Shown here one piece after another: positions 50,573 to 64,000 of a stretch of 64,000 bases of DNA. Source of the stretch: Lingula anatina (taxonomy: Eukaryota > Animalia > Brachiopoda); NCBI GenBank assembly GCA_051362555.1, contig CM120642.1:13702001-13766000 (forward strand), in the 5' to 3' direction. Positions within the stretch are counted from its first letter, which is position 1. Every line of letters starts with the position of its first letter. The translations under genes were made by a program, and so were the position numbers. The notes beneath the pieces are model-generated. The model was given only the letters and a program-made list of their open reading frames with translations, searched no databases and had not been told where the DNA came from.

Positions 50573-51123
50573 ATGGATTTTGAGTATGAAGAGATAGAAT
50601 TGGGTACTGTGCGGATGAATCAGGATGCGCCTAGAAAGACAAATGCGAAGGAAAACGAAGACGCGTGCGTACGCGACAGGCAAGACCCACGCTTTCCAAT
50701 GCGCCTTGGCTGGCCTGTTGAGGACAACATGATTAGCAGTGGGAACAGAGTCTACTCGTCGTTGCAGGAGTACACCTTGCATAAATATGCTAGAAGTCAT
50801 CGGAGAAATGTTGAACAAAAATTCAAAATTGCCGTCGAGGCCTTCACAGATGCTGAGCGTCATCATGGAGACTTCACCTTCGCCGCAGAGGACAAAAGCT
50901 TCACCGCTGAAGAACGTCTGCTATCTACGCCCAAAAGGTTCGAGTATGAAGAAATTGCTGAGCTGCCGTCTGAAGAGGACTCCGTGCCAAGTGACGTCCC
51001 TGAAGTTAAAACGTCACGTATCCAATATTCTCCCCTTCCCCATCGTGTCCGGTTTACTTGCAAGCGGCAAAGCGTCGACGCAAATCAGAATTTCACATCG
51101 TCAACTGAGAAATCTGATAAAAG
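50573..51123 (+). CDS. Exon C: alternative first coding exon (183 codons + 2 nt)
   Basis: aaacATGG start and a long charged protein-like frame MDFEYEEIELG...SSTEKSDK. It ends at the donor AAG|GTAGGA (GT 51124-51125), phase 2. GC drops abruptly after the donor. Confidence 0.8.
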
Positions 51124-51564
51124 GTAGGAGATTTGTGAATATTTTTTTTATATAAAACACATCCAGTATGATAAATTAACTTTTTTTCACAAAGATATAT
51201 ATATGAATTAATAAACAAACAAATAATTTGGAACTACTGTAGATCTTTCAACGAAGAATGAAATATAGGCGGTATAAATAAAATGATAGCACAAGATCTT
51301 GAAACGATTTCATTATCTCATCGTACCAGTAAGTGCTTAATTTGCCTGTGGATTGGTCATATACTTTTTCTCGTTTCCAAAGATTTTGTTTTCCCTTTTT
51401 GTTAATGTTGCATAGATATGTAAAAACATCTTAAAAGAAAAAATAGTTTAGCTATTTGATTCTTAAAATTCAAATATTTTGAATGATTTTAATTAATTAC
51501 TACTGTACCGCTGATCGATATATAATCTAAATTGATGAATAGATCTGTTAGATTCACATCGCTA

Positions 51565-51694
51565 CCAATAGAGGGCGGTGAAGGCGCGAATAAAACCCCA
51601 CCTGTCATATTCCTTTCTCTCTTTCGGGAAAGATGGCGCCACCGTCGCGCTCACCTGTCTGCCTGTTGCCCTAGCATACATAAGTAAGGTAAAT
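51565..51694 (+). promoter_or_regulatory. GC-rich island with CTCF-like/CCAAT/GC-box and YY1-like motifs, followed by donor-like sites
   Basis: CCAATAGAGGGCGG (51565-51578), AAGATGGCGCC (51630-51640), and GTAAGG/GTAAAT at 51684/51689. Motif resemblance only. Confidence 0.3.
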
Positions 51695-54600
51695 ATTTAA
51701 TTAGGGTGAAATGTGTCAGATTAATTAGACAGGCACCATTGTGCCACAGCTTGCATTCCGCACTCCTGGTGTTTCATTTATTGAATATATGATTGCTGGG
51801 TTTGTGTAAGACAACCCTCGGGCGATGTTCGGGTGCCCTCTCTGATATTGAGAAATAATGAAATAGTGATATCAATATCCATTGACAAAGGCATTACTTC
51901 ATTGAACAAGCGCGGTGAAATACTGAACAAACAGTACTATAATAGTAACACCCTGGCGCGTGTGCACAATTGACACCTTTTCGCACTCTGGCATATTCTT
52001 CGATGTCACTATTACACCCGCTCTTACTGCAGGTCCCGTCAGTCTGATAAAATTCAATTTTCTTCATTGGCACAGGTGTCCTTTGAAGTAAATACGTTGT
52101 TTGAAATTCAAATCTTCCTTTTAATAATTCGTTTTATGATTTTAGCAAATATGATAACTGTTTGATGAGTGGGGTTTTAAGGGGGCAGGGTGACAGGCTT
52201 GGAGACGTCTGTTCTGGCCTACTGCTCTTCATCATTTCCCCAGTACTAAAGTGACTTTAGCTGTACAGCCAGTGGTCTTCTTGCACGTCTAATACTGTCT
52301 TATATAGGCCAGCTATGTAAATTCCAGATAATATTAGCGGACGTACATGTACATGCATCATTATATCTCAATTAACTGGTCATAAGGTGCCAAATAGTAA
52401 TGAGAAATGTGGTTGTTGAACCAACGAGACACATTTTAAAGGGATTTTTTAGATGCAAGATGCATGTACAAGCAAAGAACATTTGGTTTACACGTTTAAC
52501 AGTTCAGTTTAATATCAGAGACCAAATTTAATACGAGACAGGCCCGGTCTTTTCGAAAACCACTAAAGCAGCCGATAACATTGGAACAATCAATACCGAA
52601 AGACATGCTGCCCAGCTGTCGGTGTAATTTGTATGGCAACGTGGCTACCACTAATGTTCTCACCTGTATGCCTTACGCAACATATTAAAATTTAATTCGA
52701 TTACTCTGCCTTGATGAAGACACGTGCTGGAAGACGGGAGTTTTACTGTCCTGTTATACTTGTAGCATATAGGTATATATAACGGGGGCAAAGGGGAGGT
52801 TTTCAAAAAACAGACCTGTGGATTTAATTCCCGTTTTGCCAAAAGGAAAAAAAGAAAAGATCCCTGAAAAGGCCTTTAATTTTTCTCCCCCCCCCCCCAC
52901 ACACACACCAAAATAATAATAATTAATCTCCCTGTTGTGTGGAGTATAAGAAGCGTGAACATGCGATGACTTGAAAAGTGGACGCTATGTTCATGTGATT
53001 TCAAAATTAATACAGTTAATGTCGTGATGATTGCGTCTCCTCTGCAGCCACACGCACTGATCAAGTTTGATTGCAGAAGTCAAATTTAGGTTTCGTGTTC
53101 TCACTATTTGGGTGAATCGGAATCGAGATGGGGAGAAGAACCTTATAGGGTGGATGTGAGGCATGCCCAGGACAAAATACCACCATACATATTAATCCTC
53201 TTAATAATAACATCGAATACGCTAGCTGCTATTATCATAACTGAAAAGGGATCAATCGGCAAACAAACTGAGCCTGGCGTCGATCTCTGCACGAGAGAGT
53301 GTAATTCCACAGATCAATACCACAAGACCGAGGGCACACAGCGACGCCGTCTTGTGCTGTCATGTGCCATGAATTATTCAATAAAGAATTCTATGTATTG
53401 ATGGAAAGTATTGACAGATGCTCTTTCTTTTTTACCAGTATAATGAACTGAAACAATTGCTATAAACAGCCCCATTGGATAAGATAAGAAAAGCGGGATG
53501 CTGGGTGGCTTAGAATGAACTAGACTCTGTTGATGTCGTAGCATTAAGAGTATTATGGATGGACATTTGCGCTGATGCGTAGTGAAGGGATAGTGTCAGA
53601 GTATACATGTGCCTTTTCTATCTCTTTATTACTTAAATGCTAAGCAGTATGTACCCAATGCCTCTGTTGTTTAAGACAAAATACCACTGTTTTCCCCGAT
53701 AATGCCTTTGAAACTGGAATGTCAGGGATATCTTAGCAGAGAATTACCACATTTCTAAAGAATCATAGGATTCACAGACGCTTTTCTCCGAAACCAATCA
53801 ATTTATTGTTATAAGATCTGTCTGGTCTAATAAGAATAATTGAAAATTGACAACAGATGCGAATGTAGGGTGTAAGGTATCAACCAAAAAGGGAAAGGAG
53901 AATGGAAAGGACGCCTTCTTAATATGGTTTTCATCTCATCAGAGTGCATAAAAAACATTTGCCCCAAACCACTTTTGTTGCTAAGATTTTATTAACGGTC
54001 AACAGAATTCCCTTTTTCTTAATCTATGTGGTGTTCTGTAATGGTGAATTTTGGGAATCTACTAGAGAAAAATATTGTCGTATGCACAGTTCATTTCCGT
54101 TTCATGATTAACTTTCAATACACGGGCAACGTTAATTAATTGATTAATTAATTACGTACTTGGCATGAGATTCAAAGTAATGTCACTTACAGCAATTTTT
54201 CTTTGTTCCAATCCTAACACCGTAGATATAATACATAAATACTCCGTCCGAACGGAGTTAAGAATTAATAAATGATTAAGTTGTGTAATCGTACATCCCG
54301 CTTAGAATGAGAGCAATATATTTCACTAAAACACAGTGCTATTACCCGCCAAGTGCGTAATCGTTTCATTTCATTTTTCTGCATTATTGTTATTTTTATC
54401 TCCAAATTCAGATACTAACTGAAACAGTTAAATTCATAAACATCAAATGAGTAATTTTGATTCAACAAAATTTATAAGACAAATTGTGTTTAGAAACATG
54501 CTTCGCTGTGAAAAAAATATCACTTGCACCCTAGCCCCCCCCCTTAAAGTGTGCACCGATTGTTATCAAACTCTATATAAACTCTGTGGATTGTACTTAT

Positions 54601-56005
54601 CTTAGTGTGAAATACATAAAAACCTGATTTACTTTTAATTAAAATTTTTCAATTTGCAAAACGCTATTGCACCCAGATTCAAAACAACGACTTACTGTAT
54701 CTGAAGTTACATTCTTATTCGTTTCACTGTATCGCATATAAATCATTTATTGTTAAATAACGCGCAACTTAAAAAAAAAAAAAACAACCACCGCATCAAA
54801 TTCAAATCATTTTATTTCGTTAACCCTTGCTATGAGCTGTTGCATGCCTGTCTGCGTCGTTATGCTTTAACTGTACTTGTCGCAAAGCCTGGTTGTAACG
54901 ATGCTAGAAGCGGAATAGTTTTAAATGAAGTTTATTTTGCAACTGCATCATGAAGTACGGGAAATCAGAATAAATAATAGAAACGTTGTACAAAAGAAAA
55001 AAAAGACATGAGCCCTATTTCATGTTCAGGCAATGCATCTGGGACAAACTTATAAAACAGGTGTACAGAAATAAGAAAACTAATGCTTAAGTTGATATTC
55101 AAAAGTTATCGTCCGATAATTTCATCTTCTGATCGCGATCTGGGACAAAGCCAGCTTTTCGCTGGGCTTGTTGGGACGAAAGTCCATCCTCTGCATTTTT
55201 CCGTGCCCAAGATGTTGCCGAATTGATTACCTTTTCCCCTTCATCAATATCCCAAACAGTAGCCCCGTCTTGAGATCCCTCCGTAACTCCCTGATAATGA
55301 GAAGGAGAGCAGAAAACAATACATCTTCTGCATTGATTACTCGGCAGCTGTATTAATTTCTTCATCGATTATTGATGCAAACAGCGGTAGTGGGGCTTGT
55401 CCGCGGAACACCTGGCACATGTGTCGTACAGCGAGTCGTAAGAGCTCGCTTGTCACTGTTAAGAGGTGTGTTGTACTGACTGTAACTCTCAACATTGGTC
55501 CGGACATGGGATAAGTGGGACTTTTGATTCCGTAGGATATTAAACGACACCATGAAGTCGAGTAGAAATGAACGTAGGCGTGTTCGGAAAAGTGCTCACG
55601 TTGTTGAGTAGTTTCCGAGTTGAGAAGTTAATTTTGCTAAAGAAAGGGTGATAAGGCAGACAGCAACTGGTGTGAATTCTTAACGCGCGCTTCGACACTT
55701 CTAAAAAGGAAATTTAAAGATTGTTCATTTCGAGTACGTAACTTGACGCCTTTGGAGAGATACTGAAGGAGAATTCGAGCGTTGAGAGCCCACTCGCTTA
55801 GAAAGTTGGAGAAAGTTGTTGCCTATTGTTTCGAAGTGAGTATTGAAAAATCAATTTTGGCAACATGGCGCCTCCTCGAGTCTGTTGGACCCAAGCGCCA
55901 AATCTGGTGATTTTGTAAGCGCAGCGCAACGAAGGATCAGCGTGCTCCAGGGGTGTAGGCACGCGATCTTGCAGTTAGTGGACCGGTTGCTCTACCAATA
56001 CCATT

Positions 56006-56535
56006 ATGGATAAGCTAAAGCCAGCCCCGTATCTGTTGGTTAATAAGGTAACCAAGGGCATCCCATCTCCAAATATCTCGGCGCGATATGAGAGGGAAGA
56101 AGACGAAGGAAGGTCGCAATATGAGACGATGGTGAATGTGATGAAGACGCTTCAATGTGCAGGGGCCTCCCAGAAAAAGAAAACATCGCTGTCGCCCACG
56201 ATGACTCCCGAAGAGCGGAAACGCGAGAGAAACAGCAGTGACAAAACAGTCACGTTTGCGTTGAACCACAACGCACAAATGAAGGCACCAAGACCCGACC
56301 CCAAAGAGGGGGTCGACGAAAAACGGATGGAAATGAAAGGAAGCGAAGCTACAAACTTCTTACAGAGTTTCAAGACGAAAAAGCGGGAAAAGGATAACGA
56401 AAAATTCGAGCGGATTCAGAGTACAATTAAAGGATATAAACAAATTTACGCAGAGGCTCGCGCCGCTCAAAGAGAACAGGCAGCTGCGGAGATGCAACCA
56501 ATGCTCAACCATACTGCTGAGATCCTTCATCCTGG
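56006..56535 (+). CDS. Exon D: alternative first coding exon (176 codons + 2 nt), Lys/Glu-rich with a likely helical C-terminal part
   Basis: cattATGG start and the frame MDKLKPAPYLL...HTAEILHP. It ends at the consensus donor TGG|GTGAGT (GT 56536-56537), phase 2. It is preceded by ~900 bp of GC-elevated, leader-like sequence. Confidence 0.82.
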
Positions 56536-59500
56536 GTGAGTAAAAAATGCAGAAGTACCCTTTTACATCCCCTTCGCCATCCCCTTTGTGCCCATAATTA
56601 TATCCATAAAGTCATTGGTTGTGAAAGTTTCTAGCAGTATGGCTTATCCGAAAAAAAAAAAGGTGACGCGAGTTGACGGCGTTATACTTTAGTTTACATG
56701 TATCTTTCAAATCATTTTTAAGATTAAATTTGTGAATGGCCCTGTGATTCCTCCTTTTCTACGAATTTTAAAATGGTGATAGGTGCAATTACTGTGATCT
56801 TGTATACTAAGTAGATTGTGACAGCTTCTGACAAATTATATTGAAAAAGGTCAATGCTGGGATTAAGCTTCGAAAAATATGGTCCGTTGGAATTATTTTT
56901 AACAATTTGCAATCACGATATCTTAAACAAGTAGAACGGCATTCGCCACGACTTGCTTTGATCTCAACATTGCCAATTAAGATCTGTAAGACATATTTGT
57001 GAAATGTATAATGGTTCCCCAGCGTGTAACTTCCGAAACTTAACGATTAACTCTCCAACGTTTAATCTGGGTCCATTTTCTCACACGCTAAATGTATCAC
57101 TTACTCCCCCTGAAAAGAACCCTTAAAGCATGTTCGCACATTTGTGTTTATAACCAATTCACTAATTATTTTATATTTGTTCATTCGTTCAGTGCGTCAA
57201 CAATGCAAAATATCGATCGCTTGTAAGCAGACGATCGTCCGTCGCGAATTGACTGAACACAGACACGCACGCGTTTGTAAAACTAACAGAAACCAAGATC
57301 CTATTTAATGAGGCATAACTGCTGTATTCCATCCATGTCAGTGCTGCAGAGATAGTTTCTTTATTGGCTCCATTGAAATTTACATCACTGCGGTTTAGTT
57401 TTGCATTTCTTAACACAACTAATCGCAGCGGCAACCCATTACTTTTTCCTTAAGCATCATACAAAATGTGCCCGATACTTACGCCGTTTGAATAAAACGT
57501 GTAGCAATTAGCGTAAATTTTGCTGCATGTGCTAAAGTAATTCATTTTAACAGACTAAATATTAAGCAGCTCTACGACAGTTATAGTACATATGCATGAT
57601 ATCTGTTGTATTATTCATACTGCAGTTTTCAAAATGCAAAGCAAAGTGAACGAAATACTAGATGTTATTGATATAGTGTTACTAAGGCCCATCTTATAAC
57701 TTGGTGCATTAAATAAACTGCAAATATTTGGTAAAGTTCGATTTTTATTTAAGTGCAAACGTCATTTTAGATACGCGCTTAATTCCTATCATTTAGATAT
57801 CTAGGCACAAGTTTCTGAATTGAAATGGCATAGGAGAAACAGTTTTTTAACTTGCTATTTTTTCACTGCCCTTCAGTCTTTACGACAGTACTTTGGGCGT
57901 ATTTTCCGTCATATTCTTAGGTCTGAATCTTCACCTACTTTTTAATTGGACCTCCCCCCTCCCTACCAATGGACTGAAGCAAAACTATTTCAATAAAGAC
58001 CACGAAGGAAAATTTTAACAAACATGTCCTAAGGCATGTCATGGGCATTGATAATTATTATTTTGGTAAATTGGCGGACAAACAGCGGACGGGAAAGAAG
58101 ATCGCCTGAAATATCGATTATAATATATAGATATGGTCTCCACACTCCTTCCATTCTACATAATTTCCAGCACCGTTTCCCATCTGAATCTTAATCACAC
58201 AGTTGGTACTCATTACTCACGTATATACTGCCAATCTCAAATCTTTTTTTTTTTTTTTCAACACATCTGTGTCGTGTTTCAAAGGAAGGAAGAAAGACAC
58301 ACACAGGGGAAAATAAGCTACCCGCAAGTGTCATTCTCTATTTCAAAGAGTCACTGTGGCCTAAATGAGACGAAATATTTACAGGCTGTAGGTTTTATAT
58401 AATGGTCTCGCAGCTACACAATTGCACGTATTAAAATTAATTCGATAAGACGTATTGATTATACATGCAACTGTACAACCAGTCGTGCATACCAAATAAG
58501 TAAATGACTTTACGCCTCCCCCCCCCCCATCCTCACTCACTGCAACCCTTGCTTTCTCTCTTAGTATTAGTTTGGCAGTCGCATCTTTCGTTCATCTGTT
58601 TGTATCAATATATCCGTGTATTTATCCACTTAATATCTTGTTCTCGATTTCGATCTCGTGTAAGACATGAATGATAGATGTTATTTTATTTCGCATAATA
58701 GAATTTATATTTCCCATTCAACTTAAGTTCAGCCAATTCCAATGGTGAACATTCCTTAATCATGTCATTTAGCCTTCGTTGGCCTATCTACAACACAAGT
58801 ACCACAGTATCTATCATTATTCACGTATTCATTCATTAAGCCGTCCATTCCGACAGTATCCCATTGCCCCAGTATTTAATTCCAGTTTACAGCTGCTTCG
58901 CTTCTCTAAACAAAGGCGAGGTAATCCGCTCCGTATAATTAGGTAAGGTAATTCAGTTTAGGCACATAATTACGAATTATAAATCAATCGCCCGAGGGTT
59001 CTGTTTACCAAATTCTTTTCCCTCAAATTAATCACCAGTGTTTTGGTATCTATTTTCGGCCTATCCATCATATGTTTGTGTCATCATTCAATTAAAAGGA
59101 GCACGGTCAATATTTATATACGCAAGGCTTCGGTTTTGCATTGAAGTCTCCGATATAATCCCGATTAACGGTGTTCCCTGTGTGTTTTTCGATATACCCA
59201 TGAGTGGCCTGATTGGACGAACACCAAAACCCGTTGCCAGCGTCACAATTATTATTATTATTTTAATATGGCAAAATTATTGACTTTGATTTCCCGAGAT
59301 GAAAGAAAGCCAATGCTGCTACAGTAGGCAGGTGTTCTGGCACCGTGGGACTTCCCTTACGCACGCAAAAAACAATGGTTAAAAATAATAATGAAAATGC
59401 TGAATATTGTTCCCTCTGCTTGTGTTTATTAAATACTTTTCCGGGTATTTCCTTGAACAACAAAACAAATACTGAATATTTTCATTTTAAAAGGACATGA

Positions 59501-62500
59501 TTAACTTGAATTATCATTAATAAAAAAAACATAATATTACAATTTCTGCCACAGCTGTCAAGCGCTCAATAAAACTGTGTGTGATTTATATATAGATTTC
59601 ACTTCACCGAATATTCAAACGATTCAAATTGAGCACTGTCCTCAGTATCCTACGGTATTTATACTACAATAAGTATATATACTATAATAAGCTTAAAGCC
59701 TTTGCAGTATGCGTCAAAATACTCCAAAAAAGTTATAATTACGATGCATTTAACCGAACATCGTAATAAAAAAGTCACAAGTTGTTTTTGTTTTACATAT
59801 GCGGTTACTCATCTAATGCTACGCACAAAGCTCTATTAGCATGCCTGAAATTGTGTTAGAGTTGCAAACACAGTTAGTTCTGCATTCCTAATAGAGCGTG
59901 CATGTACAAGTAGTACAACCATCGCAAGGGAGATGCAATACAATTACTTTACAGCCTTCTTCAGTCTACGGCATCTATCGCAGTTTAAATGAATAGTCAA
60001 TAATAAGTTAAGGATTCCGAGTTAAGTAGGTCCGCTGTCTAGCAATTTATACTTGTTGTCTTTTGACTCGGGTAGCTATGACTTGGCTGTACTAGCAATG
60101 CCGAGGTGTTACCCAATGGTATACATTATATACATGACCGAGCATTGAAGTAAACACCGGCATACTATAAACATGTACACCTCACTCCACAAACTGATTT
60201 TAAGAATCAAAATCTGAGCTCGATTTACCTCAACCTAATAGCATAGCAACCGTTTCGTCTATATAGTAGGCTATTTTGTCAATTACTTCAAGTAACATCA
60301 TTGTTTTCTGGCGTGTTTCTGGCCTAACACAATTTCAAAAGTCAAACTAATTAAGATACTGCATCTGGAATACTGGATGTTTGATTGAAAACCGAATATA
60401 ATCTCGCAAAAAAAATTATTCAACTATGACAAAAGATTATTTAAATTCATCACATCAATTGTAAGCAATCAATGAACAACGCAACCTCTGCAAAAAGTCA
60501 CAGTTTAATATAATGTATTTGCCACTGTAAAGCAAATTACGCATGTAGGATCTATACAGCGGATATTCTGCTGTGAAAAAACGGGAGAGATCGTCAGGTG
60601 CTGACATCTATCGAACGTTCATATGCTTGATTATTTCTCTATCATCATATTATGATGTGATCTAGTATTACCTGCCGGAGATACAATAAATTATACAGTA
60701 TGCTGTTATTAGACCATCCAGTAGGTCCTGAATACATTACAGCTTCAGCGATCGATACTTGCAAACAGTGGCCCTGCAGGCGTCAGGCGGTTTGATAAAA
60801 TGCTGTTCAGCGTTTGCCCAAAAGTACATTTTTTTTCTGTTGAGGCTTGACTTGTACATCTGATAATGTTATTTGACAAATTGAACGGCTCAAAAAAAGC
60901 TGTTTACCAAAACGTATGTACACTGTTTATTTCTCGAAATAGACGCTACGATTTCCCAGGATTGACTGCTAGTGACACCTAGGGACTAAAAAAGCATCTT
61001 TTAAGAGTCCCATCAGATCTAGTTTTGAACATCTTCAATAGAGAGCATGTTTCTGTCGACATGTATATATTTACACAAAGTGCTTCTGTAAGATTGGGGC
61101 TGATATATTTCTCATATGTGCTCTACATACCACCAGCACGTGATATGATATGTTTTCTTGATTGGAAATATGCCACTAATAAATAAACGAAGACATACTA
61201 GTACGCTTAAATTTTTCCATAAAGATAAAAATGCATTTTAGTCCTACTATTATTTACGCTTAAGAATATAATAGAAAGAAAAATGGCTATTATTTGCTAA
61301 CAATAAATCCTATAACCCTTTATTCATTAACGATGCTCAAATATATGCATTAATAAACGATAAGAAAGTAGCATTGAGTGGTTCCTGGTGTGTAAGAATG
61401 CTTCGTTATGTACGCCTAGTTCAATACCACCTCAAAGACACACGAAGCATTAGCTGCATTTAAACGCCCACCAAGAAGGCAATCCAGAAAATTCAACTAT
61501 TGATTTCTGGTGTTTGAGGTTTTTATTTTCTCCCCTTTTTCCCTCTGGTCACATATTGAACGCCGTAAAAGTATAATTAACAAGTCAGTGATATCGTCCT
61601 GTGTCAATACAACCGCGAGTCCTTTTCTATTGTCAATAATGTTTTAGCGAGTTCCCACTGCCAGATATATTGGGGCTATTCCCGATCGTAATTGTTTATT
61701 TCCTGGACACCTTTGACCGATGACTTAATATTACACCAAATCATCCCATCTTATTGCACGTCGGTGGCCTGCAGATACTTTCTGCCAATATATTGTCCCA
61801 AAACTCCGTGGAAATATAACTGATGATATAGGATATTAGTCCCAATATCTCCTCTTTTCACTGTTCATGTTTAATGTTAATTATGATAATAATAGCAATA
61901 ACAGCAATATTAATGACAATGATAACAAAGGGACTTTTTAGATTAATTGCAGTTTTCTATGGTCATACAAATTTGGTACTATGTACCAAGGCCACAGATT
62001 GATCTTTCACTAGATATTAACAGATATGTCTCTGGTTAAATAGATGACTAATCTCTGTACTGTGAGCCTCAGCAAAAATGTCCACAGAATATTATAACTG
62101 CGGCCCTGGCAGAGGGTACAAATTTGGTGTCAAATGTGCAATAGTTTTATGGTGCATGTGCAAGTTAACTTTAAGTTGCTGGTTAACCAAATTCACGAAC
62201 TTCGTCGGGTTGTGTCATATAGTGTAGGTATTTTTGATGTATTTAGTTATTCAATGTTTGACGCAGACTTTTTAATCTGTTTAAGGTGTATGTTTGGTAT
62301 ACACGCACTGTTTTGACTGAAATTGACAAGCTGCAGTAACACAAATGCCACCTTTATTCCTCAAATTAGAAATGTAATAATTCACTTAACTCTCCCACTT
62401 GTGTTTGTATTCATCACTTTAACTGTGATACAGAGAGAGGAGTGGGGGGTCCGGTTTGTCAGTAATTCATTATTTTCTCTTCTTATTTTCAGAAACCCGT

Positions 62501-64000
62501 ACCATAAAAAGTGGATAATATTTTTATTAATTTTGCTGAATTTATCTAACTGTACTAGTAGGTCATGCTCAATTGCACAAGCTAAGACAGCAACCGCCAC
62601 TTTAATCGCCTTCGTCACACCCTTAGAACCTGAAGCTCGGGTTAACCTCGTAAATATTTGGTTGTCAACTATTACACGTTGCAGGTGGCGTACAAAAATG
62701 TGATCATTCTCTTTCTATCTCATTAAATCAGACCCTTCTCCTTCGATCGCCGTTGTTTCCAACCCAACCAAATATTGCAAAGCAAATGTGAGCCGCCATC
62801 GGCAGATGGTGCATGTTAAATATGATATTCCATTAATATCGAAATTGCATCCAATTTGTCCGATAAATGCAGTTTTCATCACTCTAGAATCCATAGTCTG
62901 ACTACGTCATGTATTAATGTGGAACAGACATTTACTGTAAAGTGGCCTTAGACGTATTTCCCCGTGTATAATTTACAAAAAATCATTAGTCACAGCAAGC
63001 ACAAGAATTTCTCCTTTTTAAAACTTTCTTGTTATATTTTGAAAATATCGTCGAAAATATAGACATAAGCCCAAGTATTCACTATTTGCGATGAGCCTGC
63101 ACTTTGAAGACATATAAATGTATAAATCACCAGGCGCCTACAGTGTTGATGGCATATTAAGTCACAGTGCCCGTTCCTCTTGGGACTACATCTGCGATAT
63201 TAACTTGGATCACAATGTAGGGCATGGGAAACCATCAGCGTCGTGTTTTTATACTTTTAACACGAAATTGCAACATCAACATCGTGTTTTTATACCTTAA
63301 CTGATTTTACTATTAAGAGAGTACATTTCAGCCATTTTGTTTTACTCTATTTATTTGCTACATTCATTTGTGAATTAGAAGAGCTAGCCTCGTTTCATAT
63401 GGCAATACAAAAAGCAGACAACCTAACTGATTTTCCTTTTATTTAAACAGTTTTAATCATTAAAAGCATAATATTCACTGCTAATTTATTTGCTTAAAAC
63501 GTACAGTTGCACAATATTGCTTGTCTGTTAAACATGCAAATTAACTCAGACATGTCCAGCGTCTGCTGTCATCATTGCTGAAGGGGTATATGTTTAATCA
63601 CAGCATCCTGAAACTATGAAGTTCAAAGTAATGACAATTTTGCTGTTGTGAAATGTCTTATGTAGTGGAATTGCATGGGAAAATGCTTTCAACATTTTTT
63701 GAATCATTCATAAAGTCTCTTCTCTGTTGTTTGCTTACCAAATTAGAAATGTGCGACTATATGGGGGAGAATATTTGGTAACATTAATAAATCCACTTTG
63801 CGGTTGATGACTATTAAATATGTCGTGTTTTGGAGATTGAAACTATTTAAGTTGTAGGAAAAAGCATTGAAATTTCAGCTCATGCCTATAATGACAAAAT
63901 ATGGTAATGTAATTTGGTCTGATCCAAGAAATTCAATATATGATTTCAAAAACGTATTGAAATACAGTAATCTGAACTAATGAATAAAGATGAAGTTAAC

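Noticed and set aside
62493-62703. Candidate common phase-2 acceptor exon (ttttctcttcttattttcag|A AAC CCG TAC...)
   Set aside because: The acceptor is good and the phase-2 frame is open for ~70 codons, but the sequence is AT-rich and hydrophobic with no recognisable domain or strong donor. The true shared exon more likely lies beyond the window. Junction reads would settle it.

Overview
AT-rich eukaryotic DNA, most likely from an invertebrate animal. It is intron- and repeat-dominated, and most ORFs in the track are chance ORFs. No rRNA, tRNA, CRISPR or prokaryotic operon is visible. The main structure is the 5' end of a large plus-strand gene that appears to use several alternative first exons. 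ATG-initiated exons at 19250-19676 and 37886-37904 end in phase-1 GT donors that match the phase-1 acceptor of an internal exon at 39841-40120. That exon ends in phase 2, the same phase as two further ATG-initiated exons (50573-51123, 56006-56535) and a one-base-frameshifted candidate (31008-31143). All would join a common downstream exon that I cannot find in the window, so the gene cannot be named. A probable first coding exon of an opposite-strand gene lies at 12744-12448. Two ~1.66 kb Tc1-family elements are present: 3416-5076 has perfect TIRs and a ruined ORF, while 46680-~48334 has a nearly intact DD34E ORF and a damaged right TIR. There are also several MITEs (CMC/EnSpm-like, PIF/Harbinger-like, a CCGGTGTAA-ended pair), two inverted Helentron/HINE-like copies, a 62-bp-stem palindrome, minisatellites, a pentanucleotide satellite and many microsatellites.
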